The notes under the pieces: model-generated
What the model was told of the DNA's origin: nothing
Databases searched by the model: none
The model's input: only the letters and a program-made list of their open reading frames with translations
Shown: piece after piece, positions 10,081 to 20,520 of the stretch
How positions within the stretch are numbered: position 1 is the stretch's first letter
How the letters are laid out: every line of letters begins with the position of its first letter
Made by a program: the position numbers and the translations under genes
Assembly: GCA_965227835.1 (NCBI GenBank)
Contig: OZ245768.1
Location: forward strand, 450,001-482,000
Reading direction: 5' to 3'
Source: Candidatus Saccharimonadota bacterium
Lineage (GTDB): Bacteria; Patescibacteriota; Gracilibacteria; BD1-5; UBA6164
DNA length: 32,000 nt

Positions 10081-10864
10081 ATGATAATACAAGAAATTAT
10101 GAGTACATCATTATTGGAGCTTACAGCTTGATTTTGATACCTTATAGGGCATTTTCTTCTTTCAAAAAAACATATTTTAGGTTGGGTTATAAAAATTATT
10201 TGATGAACAGCTTGGATTGTATTTCTATTTCAAAATGATAATTACTCAAAACTACCCAGTTTTTATAAAAAGTATACCTATATTTTAGTTTAAATAAAGG
10301 TAAATTAAGCTATTTTTAGTGTTTTATCTTTAGTATTTTATAAATGACTTATTTAAGCTAACTTTATCTTTATAAAATTCAATCAATATAAAATCTCTGT
10401 TTTTACTTATATAAAGGTAAAAAATAAAATATAAAATACAAAAAACTAGGTAGATTTGAGATAATTATATATTTGGAACAGTAACAGTTGTTGTGGTAAT
10501 GACAATGATTTATGGTTTTTATAAATGGAAAATATGAAAAACTGATAAAAGAACAAATATTGATAAGTTTTTTGAATTTCTTGCAATTGCTGTTGCAATT
10601 TTTATGATTACAAGATTTGTAATTTCTGGTGTTTATAGCTTAGCTCCAGTTTTTGAAACTATTATTGTTATAGCAGAGATATTTTGAACAATGATGCTGG
10701 CTCGTAAAAAAATAATTGGTTGGTATAGTTATTTTGTAATGAGTGTTTTGGCAAGTAGTCTTGTTATATTCATAAATCCAAATCCAGCTTTAATACTTTG
10801 AATTTTAGAATTATCTTCACTATATTTTTACTATAATTGAATTAAAAACTTTTCTAAAAAATAA
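10081..10864 (+). pseudogene. pnuC: pnuC-like nicotinamide riboside/NMN transporter, interrupted by a 214-bp MITE
   Basis: The N-terminal piece 10081-10293 (MIIQEIMSTSLLELTAGFGYLIGHFLLSKKHILGWVIKIIGGTAWIVFLFQNDNY...) runs into a TAA inside the insert. The C-terminal piece is in another frame (..DNYIFGTVTVVVVMTMIYGFYKWKIGKTDK...IAEIFGTMMLARKKIIGWYSYFVMS..., TAA 10862-10864). Deleting 10246-10468 restores one 186-aa ORF. Confidence 0.7.
10246..10459. mobile_element. non-autonomous MITE-like insertion (214 bp) with 22-bp imperfect TIRs and a 9-bp TSD
   Basis: Left end tcaaaactacccagtttttata versus the reverse complement of the right end tcaaatctacctagtttttgta, 19/22 identical. Flanking direct repeat gataattac (10237-10245) / gataattat (10460-10468). 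No ORF inside. Confidence 0.7.
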
Positions 10865-10875
10865 TAATTTTTCTT

Positions 10876-10908
10876 AAAAAAAGACCTACCTAGGTAAGTC
10901 TTTTTTTA
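10876..10908. terminator. bidirectional terminator between convergent pnuC and a membrane-protein gene
   Basis: aaaaaagacctacc/taggtaagtcttttttt: an A-run, an imperfect 8-10-bp stem around a cctagg loop, then a T-run. Confidence 0.5.
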
Positions 10909-10917
10909 AGATATTTC

Positions 10918-11376
10918 CTAAACTCTAATTTTAGTTATTTTCTCCTTATATTTCATACAATTTGAAGTGATAAATTTACCACTAACTCAAACTATAATAG
11001 GTATTAATCACATAAATCAAATAAGTACATCTACATCTAGTTTGTCAGGATCAAGTGGTATAATTTGGCTTGAAATATAGAAAAGAGATATACCAAAAAG
11101 TATTTGTAGTATTTTAAAATACTTTTTTTTAAGTAAACATATGTTTGAAATTCACATAAATATAGGAAGTATTCATATTGATACAAATATATATGTTATA
11201 TATGTTACTGTTTGTTGGCTTAGATCCATCCAAAAGAAATTGTTGTCTATTTTATCTCCCTGTATAATTAGATTATAATATAGGGATAAAACTAAAATTA
11301 AACCAAAAATAATTCTTGAGATTCTAATGGTTAGATCACTGGGTCTTTTTTGTAGTAGTTTTATAATTCAAAACAT
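10918..11376 (-). CDS. small integral membrane protein (152 aa), family not recognised
   Basis: MFGIIKLLQKRPSDLTIRISRIIFGLILVLSLYYNLIIQGDK...TYITYIFVSIGILPIFMGISNICLLKKKYFKILQILFGISLFYISS...VLIGFMGLIPIIVGVSGKF..KITKIRV. Four hydrophobic segments. 459 nt. Confidence 0.6.
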
Positions 11377-11449
11377 AGTATTTTTTATAATAATATAATA
11401 TTAAAAGAATTATAAAACTTTATATTTTTTAGCAAGAAAAAATGGGTTT

Positions 11450-12898
11450 TTAGGATTTTTCTATTATTTGTATTATTTTTAAGATTTTTTTCTTAATTTC
11501 AGTTGGTAACCTATCAATTTCATCATTGGAAATATCAAAAAATCTAGAATCTTTTCTTTTTAAACTATCATAAAAAATCTCTTCTCAAGATAATTTTTTA
11601 AAAATTATCCTTCATATCCAATAAGGTAAAATAATATTATCGTTAATCTCTTGAGTAGAAAAATCAGAAAAAGAGTTTTTTCAAGATAACATCTTTTTTA
11701 ATTTCAGTTGTATTTCATTTTTATTTTTTGCCCTTTTGAATATGTTGTAAACTTTTAAAAAACCTCTGTAATAAATTACATCTTTTCTATTTGCTCAAGG
11801 TCTATCATATGGATGATATCTCTTTAATCTTCTTACCTGCTTATAAATAGTTTTTTCATCAAAACTTTTTCAAGAAATTTTAAGAAGTAAATATAAATAT
11901 CTTTTTAGCTTTTCCTCTTCAAGATTTTCTGCTCATTGTATACATATAAAACGAAAAGTGGGAGATGTATCCAAATCTTCATAATCAAGTCAAGTGCTAA
12001 ATTCGTTTAATATAGCTAAACCTTCTTCTAAAATTAAATATCATTTTGATCTCAATCTATTATTATTATTTACACTTCTAAGGGTATGTGTTTCAATTTC
12101 ATGACTAATTAATTCAAGAGCTCTTTTTACCGTTCATTTCCAATTTTTGGGTATAAAATTACCATTTTCTCATATATCTATAAAGTCTTTCTCTGATGTT
12201 ATATAAATTTCCTCTTTTATTCAATATATAGAAAAAACTATTTCAAAAATCTCTTTTAAATTTTCAGCATTAATTTTCTTTGTTAAATTCTCATTAAATT
12301 TTTCTTCATTGTTTAAATCTTTATTATCGTTATTTTTTTTAGATAAATCTATATTCAAATTAAGAATTCTAAGTAAATCTTTTAATTCATTTAATTCGTC
12401 TTTATCTAATCTATTAATTCAATTCTTTATTAAAAACTCTAAATGTTCAGAAACAATATTAACTTCTTTTTTATTTTCAGATATTGATTCTCAATAAAGC
12501 TTTGTAGAATATTCTAAAACTTTAGAATGATAATATTTTTTTTCTTTGCTTCAAAGTTTATATCAACCTTTTTCAGCCTCTATATAAATAGCATATTTCA
12601 GCATATTTAATCAGTTTATTATTTCATCTATTCTTAGTAAAGAATGATCATTAACATTATTTCTGAAAGAAGATAATTTTTCAATATCTGACTTTATGTC
12701 TTTTAAAGCAACTAAAATATCATCTTCTTCAACACTTCATTTATAAACTGCATTTGGGAAAAAATTTGTTGCTATATAACCATCTTTAGTATTGTGTATA
12801 GTAGTTGTTCATTCTAAAGGATGTGGATATTTTTGAGCTATATCTTTGATACATTTGCAAATATTTTCTTCTCAATTTAAGTAATTTGTACTTTTCAT
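11450..12898 (-). CDS. DUF1704 / MATCAP-like tyrosine-phenylalanine carboxypeptidase domain protein (QEGLA-motif family), 482 aa
   Basis: Reverse-strand ATG at 12896-12898, TAA at 11450-11452, 1449 nt. Diagnostic stretch ALELISHEIETHTLRSVNNNNRLRSKGYLILEEGLAILNEFSTG, which is the atypical HExxxH plus EGLA motif. Later RYHPYDRPGANRKDVIYYRGF. Confidence 0.8.
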
Positions 12899-13055
12899 TT
12901 TATTTTTATTATTCAATATTTAATATACTATATCATATAATATTAGATAAAGTCAAATTAAAATTGCATAATTTAAATTGTAGTTTAAAAATAACTTCTT
13001 ATAATCACAATAATTCAATAATTATGTAAATTTAAAATATAAAAAATTTGAAATT

Positions 13056-13934
13056 ATGAAGAAAAAAATATTAAAGATATTTTCACATAGTAGAGACAAA
13101 TATAAAAATTTATATCAGAATTTATTTGATAAAAAAGACATTGAAATAACAGTAAAAAATTTTTCTGAATTTTATTTTCATAATTGAGAAATACTATCAT
13201 TAAATAATAATAAAAAATTTAATGAAAAAGATTTTGATCTATTATGGCAAACAATAAGTACTCCTTTTGCAAAAGCATTTTTTCTTATAAATAAAGACAA
13301 AGATATTTATATAATAGATAAAAAAAACTATGAAAAAACTTTTTATCAAAACAACAAATTAAACCAATCTATAATACAAAGAAAAAATAATATAAATAGT
13401 ATTGATGATTTATACTTTTTAATAAATTTAGATGAGTTTAATATTGTCAAATATGAAAAAATAATAGTTGAAAAATTATGATTACCTGTTGTAGCTAAAG
13501 AAGTAAATTGAAATAGAGGTGAAGCTGTATTTTTAATAAATACAAATGAAGAATTAAAAAATATTATATTAAAATATAATAAGAATAATGAATGAATAAT
13601 GTTTCAAAAATTTGAAAAAAATGATTGAGATTACAGAGTTATATTTTTCAAAAATAAATATGTATGATGTATGAAAAGGAAATCAGACAATTTTTTAAAT
13701 AATGTTTCTTCTTGATGAGAGACTGAAAAAGTAGAATTAAATGAAGAAATAATTGAAAAATTGAGTAAAATAACGGATTTTTTTTGATTAGATATAGTAT
13801 GAATAGATATATTTATTGATAATAAATGAGAATATAAAATAATAGAAGTAAACGACACCCCTCAATTATTTTGATTTTCAAAATTATTTCCTAAAGAAAT
13901 AGAAAAATATTTTAAATCTGTTTTTTTAAATTAA
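13056..13934 (+). CDS. RimK-type ATP-grasp ligase (292 aa)
   Basis: LGLPVVAKEVNGNRGEAVFLINTNEEL, IMFQKFEKNDGDYRVIFFKNKYVGCMKRKSDNFLNNVSSGGETEKVEL and FFGLDIVGIDIFIDNKGEYKIIEVNDTPQ match the RimK/glutathione-synthetase-like ATP-grasp motif order. Confidence 0.8.
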
Positions 13935-13940
13935 CATCAA

Positions 13941-14516
13941 ATGAAAAATTACATAATATGATATTGAAGTATAATAAATATAAAAAATGCTTGTTTGACT
14001 TCCAAAGTATGAGATTTTTTACCAATTAATGTTAATTGATTCGAGAGATGATGGAATACATTATGAGCTCAATGATATGTTGTATTATGAGTAAAAAAAG
14101 ATATAAATTCCGATATGAATTGAATATTAATTGAAGTATTAGAAAATATAAAAGATTTTGATAAAAGAGAGATAATGTATAACAGAGAAAAAGTTGAATA
14201 TCAAGATATAAAAGCTTTCAAATGAGATATACTACCAAAATGAAATTATTATATTTATTTACCTAAAAATAATAAACTAATCCCAAATAAGGCTCCAATA
14301 TTACAAAGTTATTTAGATGTAGTTATCAAATGATGTTTAGACATATCAGAAGAGTTTGCATATGATTTTATGAAAAAAACTGTAAATTGGAGGTCTATAT
14401 TAAATGATAGAGAAAATCCTAAATATGTTAGAAGCATGGATTTAAAAAAATACCATCATAAATTAGATGAAATATTAAAAATAAAACTCTCCCCCAAAAA
14501 CTTCCCAAAATGTTAA
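13941..14516 (+). CDS. gamma-glutamylcyclotransferase-fold protein (ChaC/GGCT-like), 191 aa
   Basis: Starts 6 nt after the ATP-grasp stop. N-terminal MKNYIIGYGSIINIKN (YGSL-type motif), VNGFERGWN, and FDKREIMYNREKVEY (candidate catalytic Glu region). Confidence 0.62.
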
Positions 14517-14567
14517 AAACTAATTTTTCCGACCTAAAATAAAACAAAAACATATAGTGTTCACATT

Positions 14568-14576
14568 TTATGCACA
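14568..14576 (+). promoter_or_regulatory. single near-consensus DnaA box TTATGCACA upstream of dnaA
   Basis: 8/9 match to TTATCCACA. A weaker GTGTTCACA (6/9) lies just upstream. No box cluster found. Confidence 0.3.
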
Positions 14577-14719
14577 ACAAAACAAGATAAGTATTTTTAT
14601 TCTTTTGACTTACAATTAAAAATAAATAAATTGTTTATTTAGATATCAATTGACTAAAAAAGGAAAAATATAGGAGTGGTAAAATCTATTTAATTTAAAG
14701 TAACCTTAATTATCAAAAA

Positions 14720-16141
14720 ATGGAAAAACACTACATTTTAAAGAATATCTTGTTAAATATAATTGAAGATGTAAAAAAACAGGATTTTTTAGTATATTTT
14801 AGAAAAATATCATTGATTGATTACAATGACAAAAAACTTACACTTGGAGTTGTTTCAAGTTTTATGAAAGGTAACCTAGAAGCAAAATTTTGAGAAAAAA
14901 TATTAGAATCTGTACAAAAAGAAATTCCAAGTATAGAAAATGTAGAAATAGTAATAGATGAAAATATAGATAATCCCTCAAACACAAATTGTATAGATTG
15001 TAAAATATTTTTGAAAGATTTATGAAAAGATACCACCAAAACAAAACCAAAAAATAACTTTCTTTGAACAATTTTGAAAGAAAAAGAATTTGCAAACAAT
15101 AAATATACCTTATCCAATTTTATAGTTTGACCAGATAGTCAACTAGCATATTCTGCTTGCGAAGCTGTTTCAAGAACTCCAGGTAAATCATATAATCCTC
15201 TGTATATATATTGAGATGTTTGATTATGAAAGACCCATTTGTTGCAAGCAACTTGAAATAGAATTTTTTCTAAATTCAAAGATAAAAAAGTAGTCTATAC
15301 TACAGCTGATAAATTTATAAATGAATATATACTTGCTGTAAAAAACAAAAAAATAGACAGATTAAGGGCTAGATTTAAAGACATAGATGTATTAATAGTA
15401 GACGATGTTCAATTCCTAGCAAAAAAAGAACAAACTCAAAACGAGCTTTATAATATTTTCAATATATTATATGACTGAAATAAACAAATAGTAATTTCTG
15501 GAGATAGAGCTCCAAAAGAATTAGAAAACTTAGAACCTAGACTTAGAAGTAGGTTTGAATGGGGAATAACTGTTGATATTTGAAAACCAGATTATGAAAC
15601 TAGACTTGCTATACTTCAAGAAAAAGCAAGAGAAAAAGAATTTATGATCCCTCAAGAAGTAGCTGAATTTATAGCTGTGAATGTAACACAAAATGTGAGA
15701 GAACTAGAATGAATTTTAAATCAACTTATAGCTGAATATGAACTAACAAATGTATTACCCGATTTGAAAAATATAGCTGAAAAATTAAAAAAACTTAGTT
15801 TTACTACTGATATATTATGAGCTAATAAAGTAGAACCGTCAAATAGGATACAAATAAAATCTTACGAAGATATAATAAAAGCAGTTTCGGATCATTTTTG
15901 AATAGAAAAAGAATGAATACTTGGACCAAATAGAAAAAAAGAGTTTATGATACCAAGACAAGTATCTATGTATCTACTAAAAACAAAGATGAATTATACA
16001 TTTGAAAGAATATGAAATATATTTTATTGAAGAAATCATGCAGCAGTATTGTATTCTTGCAAAAAATTAGAAAAACTTGTAAAAAAAGATGAAAAACTAT
16101 TAAACGAATTAAATATAATTAGAGACACAATAGGAATTTAG
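14720..16141 (+). CDS. dnaA: chromosomal replication initiator DnaA (473 aa)
   Basis: [77 protein letters not shown], and the C-terminal DNA-binding region [42 protein letters not shown] at 16139-16141. Confidence 0.93.
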
Positions 16142-16256
16142 ATATTATGTTTTTCTAATGAAATATCTTCTAAAAAAATGAAGGCTCTCTGTAAGCTTAA
16201 TTATCTAAATAAAAAATCTAAATCCTTCTTTTTATAGTAAAATAACTTATAAATAT

Positions 16257-16411
16257 TCAACAGATGGCTTTAGCCTTTTGCTATAATGAACTAAATTAGC
16301 TTAATACCTTAAAAAAATCTAATCTTATTTAATGAAACTATAAAAAATTAAGATTATTTAGAAAAAGTAACCTTTTTATTTTTCATCAACAGAAAATTTT
16401 AGCCATTTGCT
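16257..16411 (+). repeat. two REP-like hairpin copies downstream of dnaA
   Basis: 16257-16282 tcaacagatggctttagccttttgct and 16386-16411 tcaacagaaaattttagccatttgct. Same family as 3121-3144 and 20416-20441. Confidence 0.6.
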
Positions 16412-16460
16412 ATTTTAGTAAGATATTAATTTTATACTAGCAAAGAATCAATTATCAAAG

Positions 16461-16522
16461 GTTTAAATAACAAGGGGTTAAATAACAAGAGATTAAATTA
16501 ACAAAAGTTCAAATAACAAGGG
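16461..16522 (+). repeat. four tandem 15-16-bp repeats (TTAAATAACAAGG-type) running into a terminator hairpin
   Basis: gtttaaataacaagg / ggttaaataacaaga / gattaaattaacaaaa / gttcaaataacaagg. The last copy overlaps the hairpin stem. Confidence 0.6.
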
Positions 16523-16536
16523 GTCAAGACCCCTTG
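16517..16536 (+). terminator. CAAGGGGTCAAGACCCCTTG hairpin (family copy 2)
   Basis: Identical 20-mer also at 18756-18775, both followed by TCT. Lies in the dnaA-to-DUF4012 intergenic region. Confidence 0.5.
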
Positions 16537-16578
16537 TCTTTATATCAAGATATAAATAGTATTTCAGAATAAAAAACA

Positions 16579-18678
16579 ATGAAGCTAAATGATATATATA
16601 CTTGAATGAAAAAAACTCTTAATTTGAAAAAAATTAAGAGTTTTCAGTATGTAAAAGAATTATGAAAAACACATATTGATACTATAAAATGATGACTGGA
16701 AAATCTTAATATAAAACAAAAAAAATCATTAAAAGTCTCAAAAACTAGAGGATATATAGATGATATGAAAAGCAAAAAATATGAAAAAATAAACCTCAAA
16801 CATGTAATAAAATTAAAAAATAGCTTAAAACTCAAACTATATTATTTATTGAAATCAAAACTACCTAAAGACAAAAAAGCTAGAGTTTTAGCATATTTTC
16901 TACTTTTTTTTAGCTTAGTATATTGAAATAAAATCCTTGTAGAAAACCTTTTAATAAGCTGAATAAACAATCTTTATAAAATACAATACTCATCAAATAT
17001 AGATAGTTTGGAAATAGAACTAAGCAAAGCAAAGACGAAATTTGGACTTGCTAATTTTTTATTTTTACCCTTTAATTTAATTCCTTCACAAAAAATAGAG
17101 AATGTAGATAGTTTCACAAAAATATTAAATCAAACTACAAAAATATGACTGGATACAGTTGATATTTATAAAAAAGAAAAAAGCATTATAGAAGAAAAAA
17201 GCATATATGATATATATTTTTTAAAAACATTTTCCAAGCTAAAACCTTTCTTCTGGGAAAAAGAAAAAGAAATAATAAAAATAAATGAAACCTTAGATAA
17301 GATAAATTTGCAAGAAGAAAACAAATATTATGATTATTTAGAAGATATAAAGTTATTATCAAAAAATACAGTTAATAAATTGAATTATCTAAACAATAAT
17401 TATGAAACTTTTTTAAATATAATTTGAAAAAATGAAACAAAAAAATATTTTATATTATTTCAAAACAATGATGAAATAAGACCAACAGGTTGATTTATAT
17501 GAAGTGCTGGTATAGTTGAGATATTTGCCTGAAGAATAAGAGATTTTATACAAAAAGATATATATGCTTTTGAATGGGATGTAAATAAAAACTATAATGA
17601 AAAAGTAATCCCTCCAAGCTGAATATCGCTTCTATCACAAAGATTATGACTTAGAGACTCAAATGCTTTTACAAATTTTGAAGAATCATCAAAAGCGATA
17701 AATTATTTTATGCAAAAATGATTTTATGATATAGATTGAGTTATATTTATAAATCAAAAAATTATACTTGATATATTAAAACACACCTGAGGAATTTATT
17801 TTTGAAAATATGATACTTTAATAAATTATAATAATTTTTCTGAGGTGATATCTCTTTTAGTAGAAGCAAAAGTAAGTAGAAAAGCTACACTTGACACACC
17901 TAAACAAGTACTCTTTGATTTTTGAGAATTACTAAAAAATAAAATTTTTTATAAAAGTTCAAAAAAAACTCAAATAGCAATACTAAACTCTATTCTAGAA
18001 AATATAAAATCAAGAGATATAGTATTTGTAAGTCTAGATAAGCAAGAGAATGATTTTCTAAAGAATATGAGTCTCACATGAGATTTTAAATATAGCGATT
18101 TTACAAATTTTATACATCCAGTTTTTATTTCAGTATGATGAAACAAAACTGATAGATATATAAAAAGAAAGTACTACAAAGATATTAAAATAGCTGAAAA
18201 TAAAAATGACAACTTATGTTCTATGGAGGTAAATTTGGATATAGAGATTGAAAATATTTTTGATAGTGAAGAAGAAGAGAAAATAAAAGAACTTATGAAA
18301 AGGTTTAGAATACAAGAAAACAGAGATTTAATAAATATAAGTTGAGCATGAGATAATAAAAGTTATTTAAAAGTACTTATACCTAAATATTCCAATGTGT
18401 TATGAAGCTATAAAATAGTTGAAGAAGAAAATTTTAAAAGTATAGAAAGATTGATTACTACCAAATCTTGAGAGAAAAATAGTTTTAATTTAGTTTATAA
18501 AATAGAAAATATAGACTGCTTTAATCACAATACAAAGCTTTATAAACAAGCTTGAATATATGAATATGATATAGATTTTAATTACAAAAATTGATATAAA
18601 GATGAAAATTTAAAACTTAATTGATTAAAAACAGATTTTAGTTATAGTTTTTGAAATAATAATTTTGGTTGAAATTAG
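16579..18678 (+). CDS. DUF4012 domain membrane-anchored protein (699 aa)
   Basis: One N-terminal TM segment (ARVLAYFLLFFSLVYGNKILV). Signature FILFQNNDEIRPTGGFIGSAGIVEIFAGRI typical of DUF4012. TAG at 18676-18678. 2100 nt. Confidence 0.8.
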
Positions 18679-18755
18679 AATATTATTAATTTAACTACAG
18701 GGCATTAACTCTTTGCAGAAGAGAATTTTAGCTAAATTTAAGATAACTAATCTCG

Positions 18756-18775
18756 CAAGGGGTCAAGACCCCTTG
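18756..18775 (+). terminator. CAAGGGGTCAAGACCCCTTG hairpin (family copy 3)
   Basis: 78 nt after the DUF4012 stop. A T-run (attttttag) lies about 20 nt downstream. Confidence 0.5.
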
Positions 18776-18821
18776 TCTCTGAAGTAAGATTTTTTAGATT
18801 ATATAGCAGAGAAAATTCTGT

Positions 18822-18946
18822 TTTATCTATCTTTGTTTTATTCCCCCTCCTGTTCTATACTCTCTGTTCTGTTCCCTCTCCTTTAAGGAGAGGGTTAGGG
18901 TGAGGTATTTCCAAAGAAGAGGGCTAGGGTGAGGTCTTGCGAAGAG
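18822..18946 (-). repeat. GC-rich composite element Y, left copy (inverted relative to 20306-20370)
   Basis: ttccctctcctttaaggagagggttagggtgaggtat (18871-18908) contains a CCCTCTCC/GGAGAGGG hairpin plus TTAGGGTGAGG. A second half-site gagggctagggtgaggt is at about 18919-18935. The upstream arm ttttatctatctttgttttattccccctcctgttct also matches the partner. Confidence 0.6.
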
Positions 18947-18972
18947 AATTTAGTATAAATAAACAAAAAAAA

Positions 18973-20277
18973 ATGAATATAAAAAATTTAATAGCACTTG
19001 ATAACCCCTTTAGGTTACTATATCATAAAGTAAGAGCAATAATTGCAAATATATATTATGGTTTTCCTAGTAAAAATATGAAAATAATAGGAGTAACTTG
19101 AACAAATTGAAAAACCTCTACATGTAATATCATAGCCAAATGATTAATAGAAAACTGAGAAAAAGTTTTTATGTTTTCAACCGTAAACATAATAATGTGA
19201 GATCAAGATATTACCAATGAAACCAAACTTACAAGCCCTGATGCTTTCCTGTTACAAAAATTGTTAAAACAAGCAAAAAATAAATGAATAAAAACAGCAA
19301 TAATAGAAACAGCCAGTCATGGTATAAAAATGCATAGAATATGGTGATTAAACTATGATACAGTAATTTTGACAAATATAACACAAGATCATTTAGATTT
19401 ACACAGAACTATGGAAGATTATGTAGAAACGAAACTAGAAATATTTAAAAAATTAATAAGTTATAGGAGAAAAAAATGAATAAGAAAAACATCAATAATA
19501 AATATAGACAGTGATTACTATAAACTATTTGAAGAAGAAACTTATGACTCTCAATATAAATATTGAAAAAACTACAATGCAAATGTAAAAATATCGGATA
19601 TAAAAAATACCAACTCATGATTAGAATTTAGCTTAAAAGCAGCTTGAGATACTTTCAAACTTAAAAGTAAGTTAATATGAGAATTCAATGTATACAATAT
19701 AGCAGCAGCAGTTTCTGTATTTATATCTGAATGAATAAAAAAAGAAATAATAGTAAAAACTATAAGTAAACTTAAATGAATCCCTTGAAGATTAGAAGAA
19801 GTAGAAACAAATGATAATTTTAGAGTTTTTATAGATTATGCACATACACCAGATGCACTTGATAAAGTTATAAAGACATTTAATGATATAAAATGAGATT
19901 GAAACTTGACCGTAGTTTTTGGAGCTCCTTGAGATAGAGATAAATCAAAAAGACCTATAATGGGACAAATTGTGTCTTCTTTAGCTGATAAAGTAATATT
20001 AACCCAAGATGATGATTATACAGAAGATACAATCTCTATAATAAAAGATGTTTTACTGGGAATAGAAAGAAAAGAAGGAGATAATTTTTGGGTTATACCA
20101 GGTAGGGAAGAGGCTATAAGGACTTCTCTTGTAGGTGCTAAGAAAAATGATATTATACTTATAGCAGGTAAGGGAGACGAACATTCACTTATCACAAATA
20201 ATTGACCAATAGAATGGCACGATAGGACAATAGTAGAAGAAATTTTAAAATCTATAGATGATAATAAAGTAATATAG
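18973..20277 (+). CDS. murE: UDP-N-acetylmuramoyl-L-alanyl-D-glutamate-amino acid ligase MurE (434 aa, short N-terminus)
   Basis: IIGVTGTNGKTS (residues about 38-49), IIETASHG, LTNITQDHLDLH, GEFNVYNIAAA, IPGRLEEV, FIDYAHTPDAL, VVFGAPGDRDKSKRPIMG, ADKVILTQDDDYTED, ILIAGKGDEH. In frame with ORF-track fragment 19960-20205. Confidence 0.88.
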
Positions 20278-20305
20278 TAAACTTAACTTCAACCTTCCTC
20301 GAGCA

Positions 20306-20370
20306 ATACCTCACCCTAACCCTCTCCTCTAAGGAGAGGGAAGAAAACAGAAGGGAGAGATAAAGGTATA
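20306..20370 (+). repeat. GC-rich composite element Y, right copy
   Basis: atacctcaccctaaccctctcctctaaggagagggaa is the near-exact reverse complement of 18871-18908 (35/37 identical). Continues aaaacagaagggagagataaagg. Confidence 0.6.
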
Positions 20371-20415
20371 AATTAATTAATGAGAAGCTGAAGAATTAAG
20401 ATTCTACATAATTTT

Positions 20416-20441
20416 TCAACAGATGGCTTTAGCCTTTTGCT
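20416..20441 (+). repeat. REP-like hairpin copy
   Basis: tcaacagatggctttagccttttgct, identical to 16257-16282. Confidence 0.6.
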
Positions 20442-20520
20442 ATTTTAGGAAGTTTCTATTTGCTTTTTATCTACCATCTATACAGCAAAACAATTTGTAC
20501 CTTAATTTACTTATAATAAA

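Noticed and set aside
12309-12497. ORF-track entries lying antisense to, or off-frame within, the real genes: 1100-1324(-), 8709-8975(+), 12309-12497(+), 13631-13858(-), 14821-15117(-), 14862-15095(-), 16644-16835(-), 20700-20960(-), 20752-20979(-), 21820-22053(-), 22099-22293(-), 28505-28732(+)
   Set aside because: Each lies inside a long table-25 gene on the opposite strand (recQ, adk, DUF1704, ATP-grasp, dnaA, DUF4012, dnaX, priA, TrmB). Their translations are low-complexity F/L/I/S-rich strings typical of AT-rich antisense frames.
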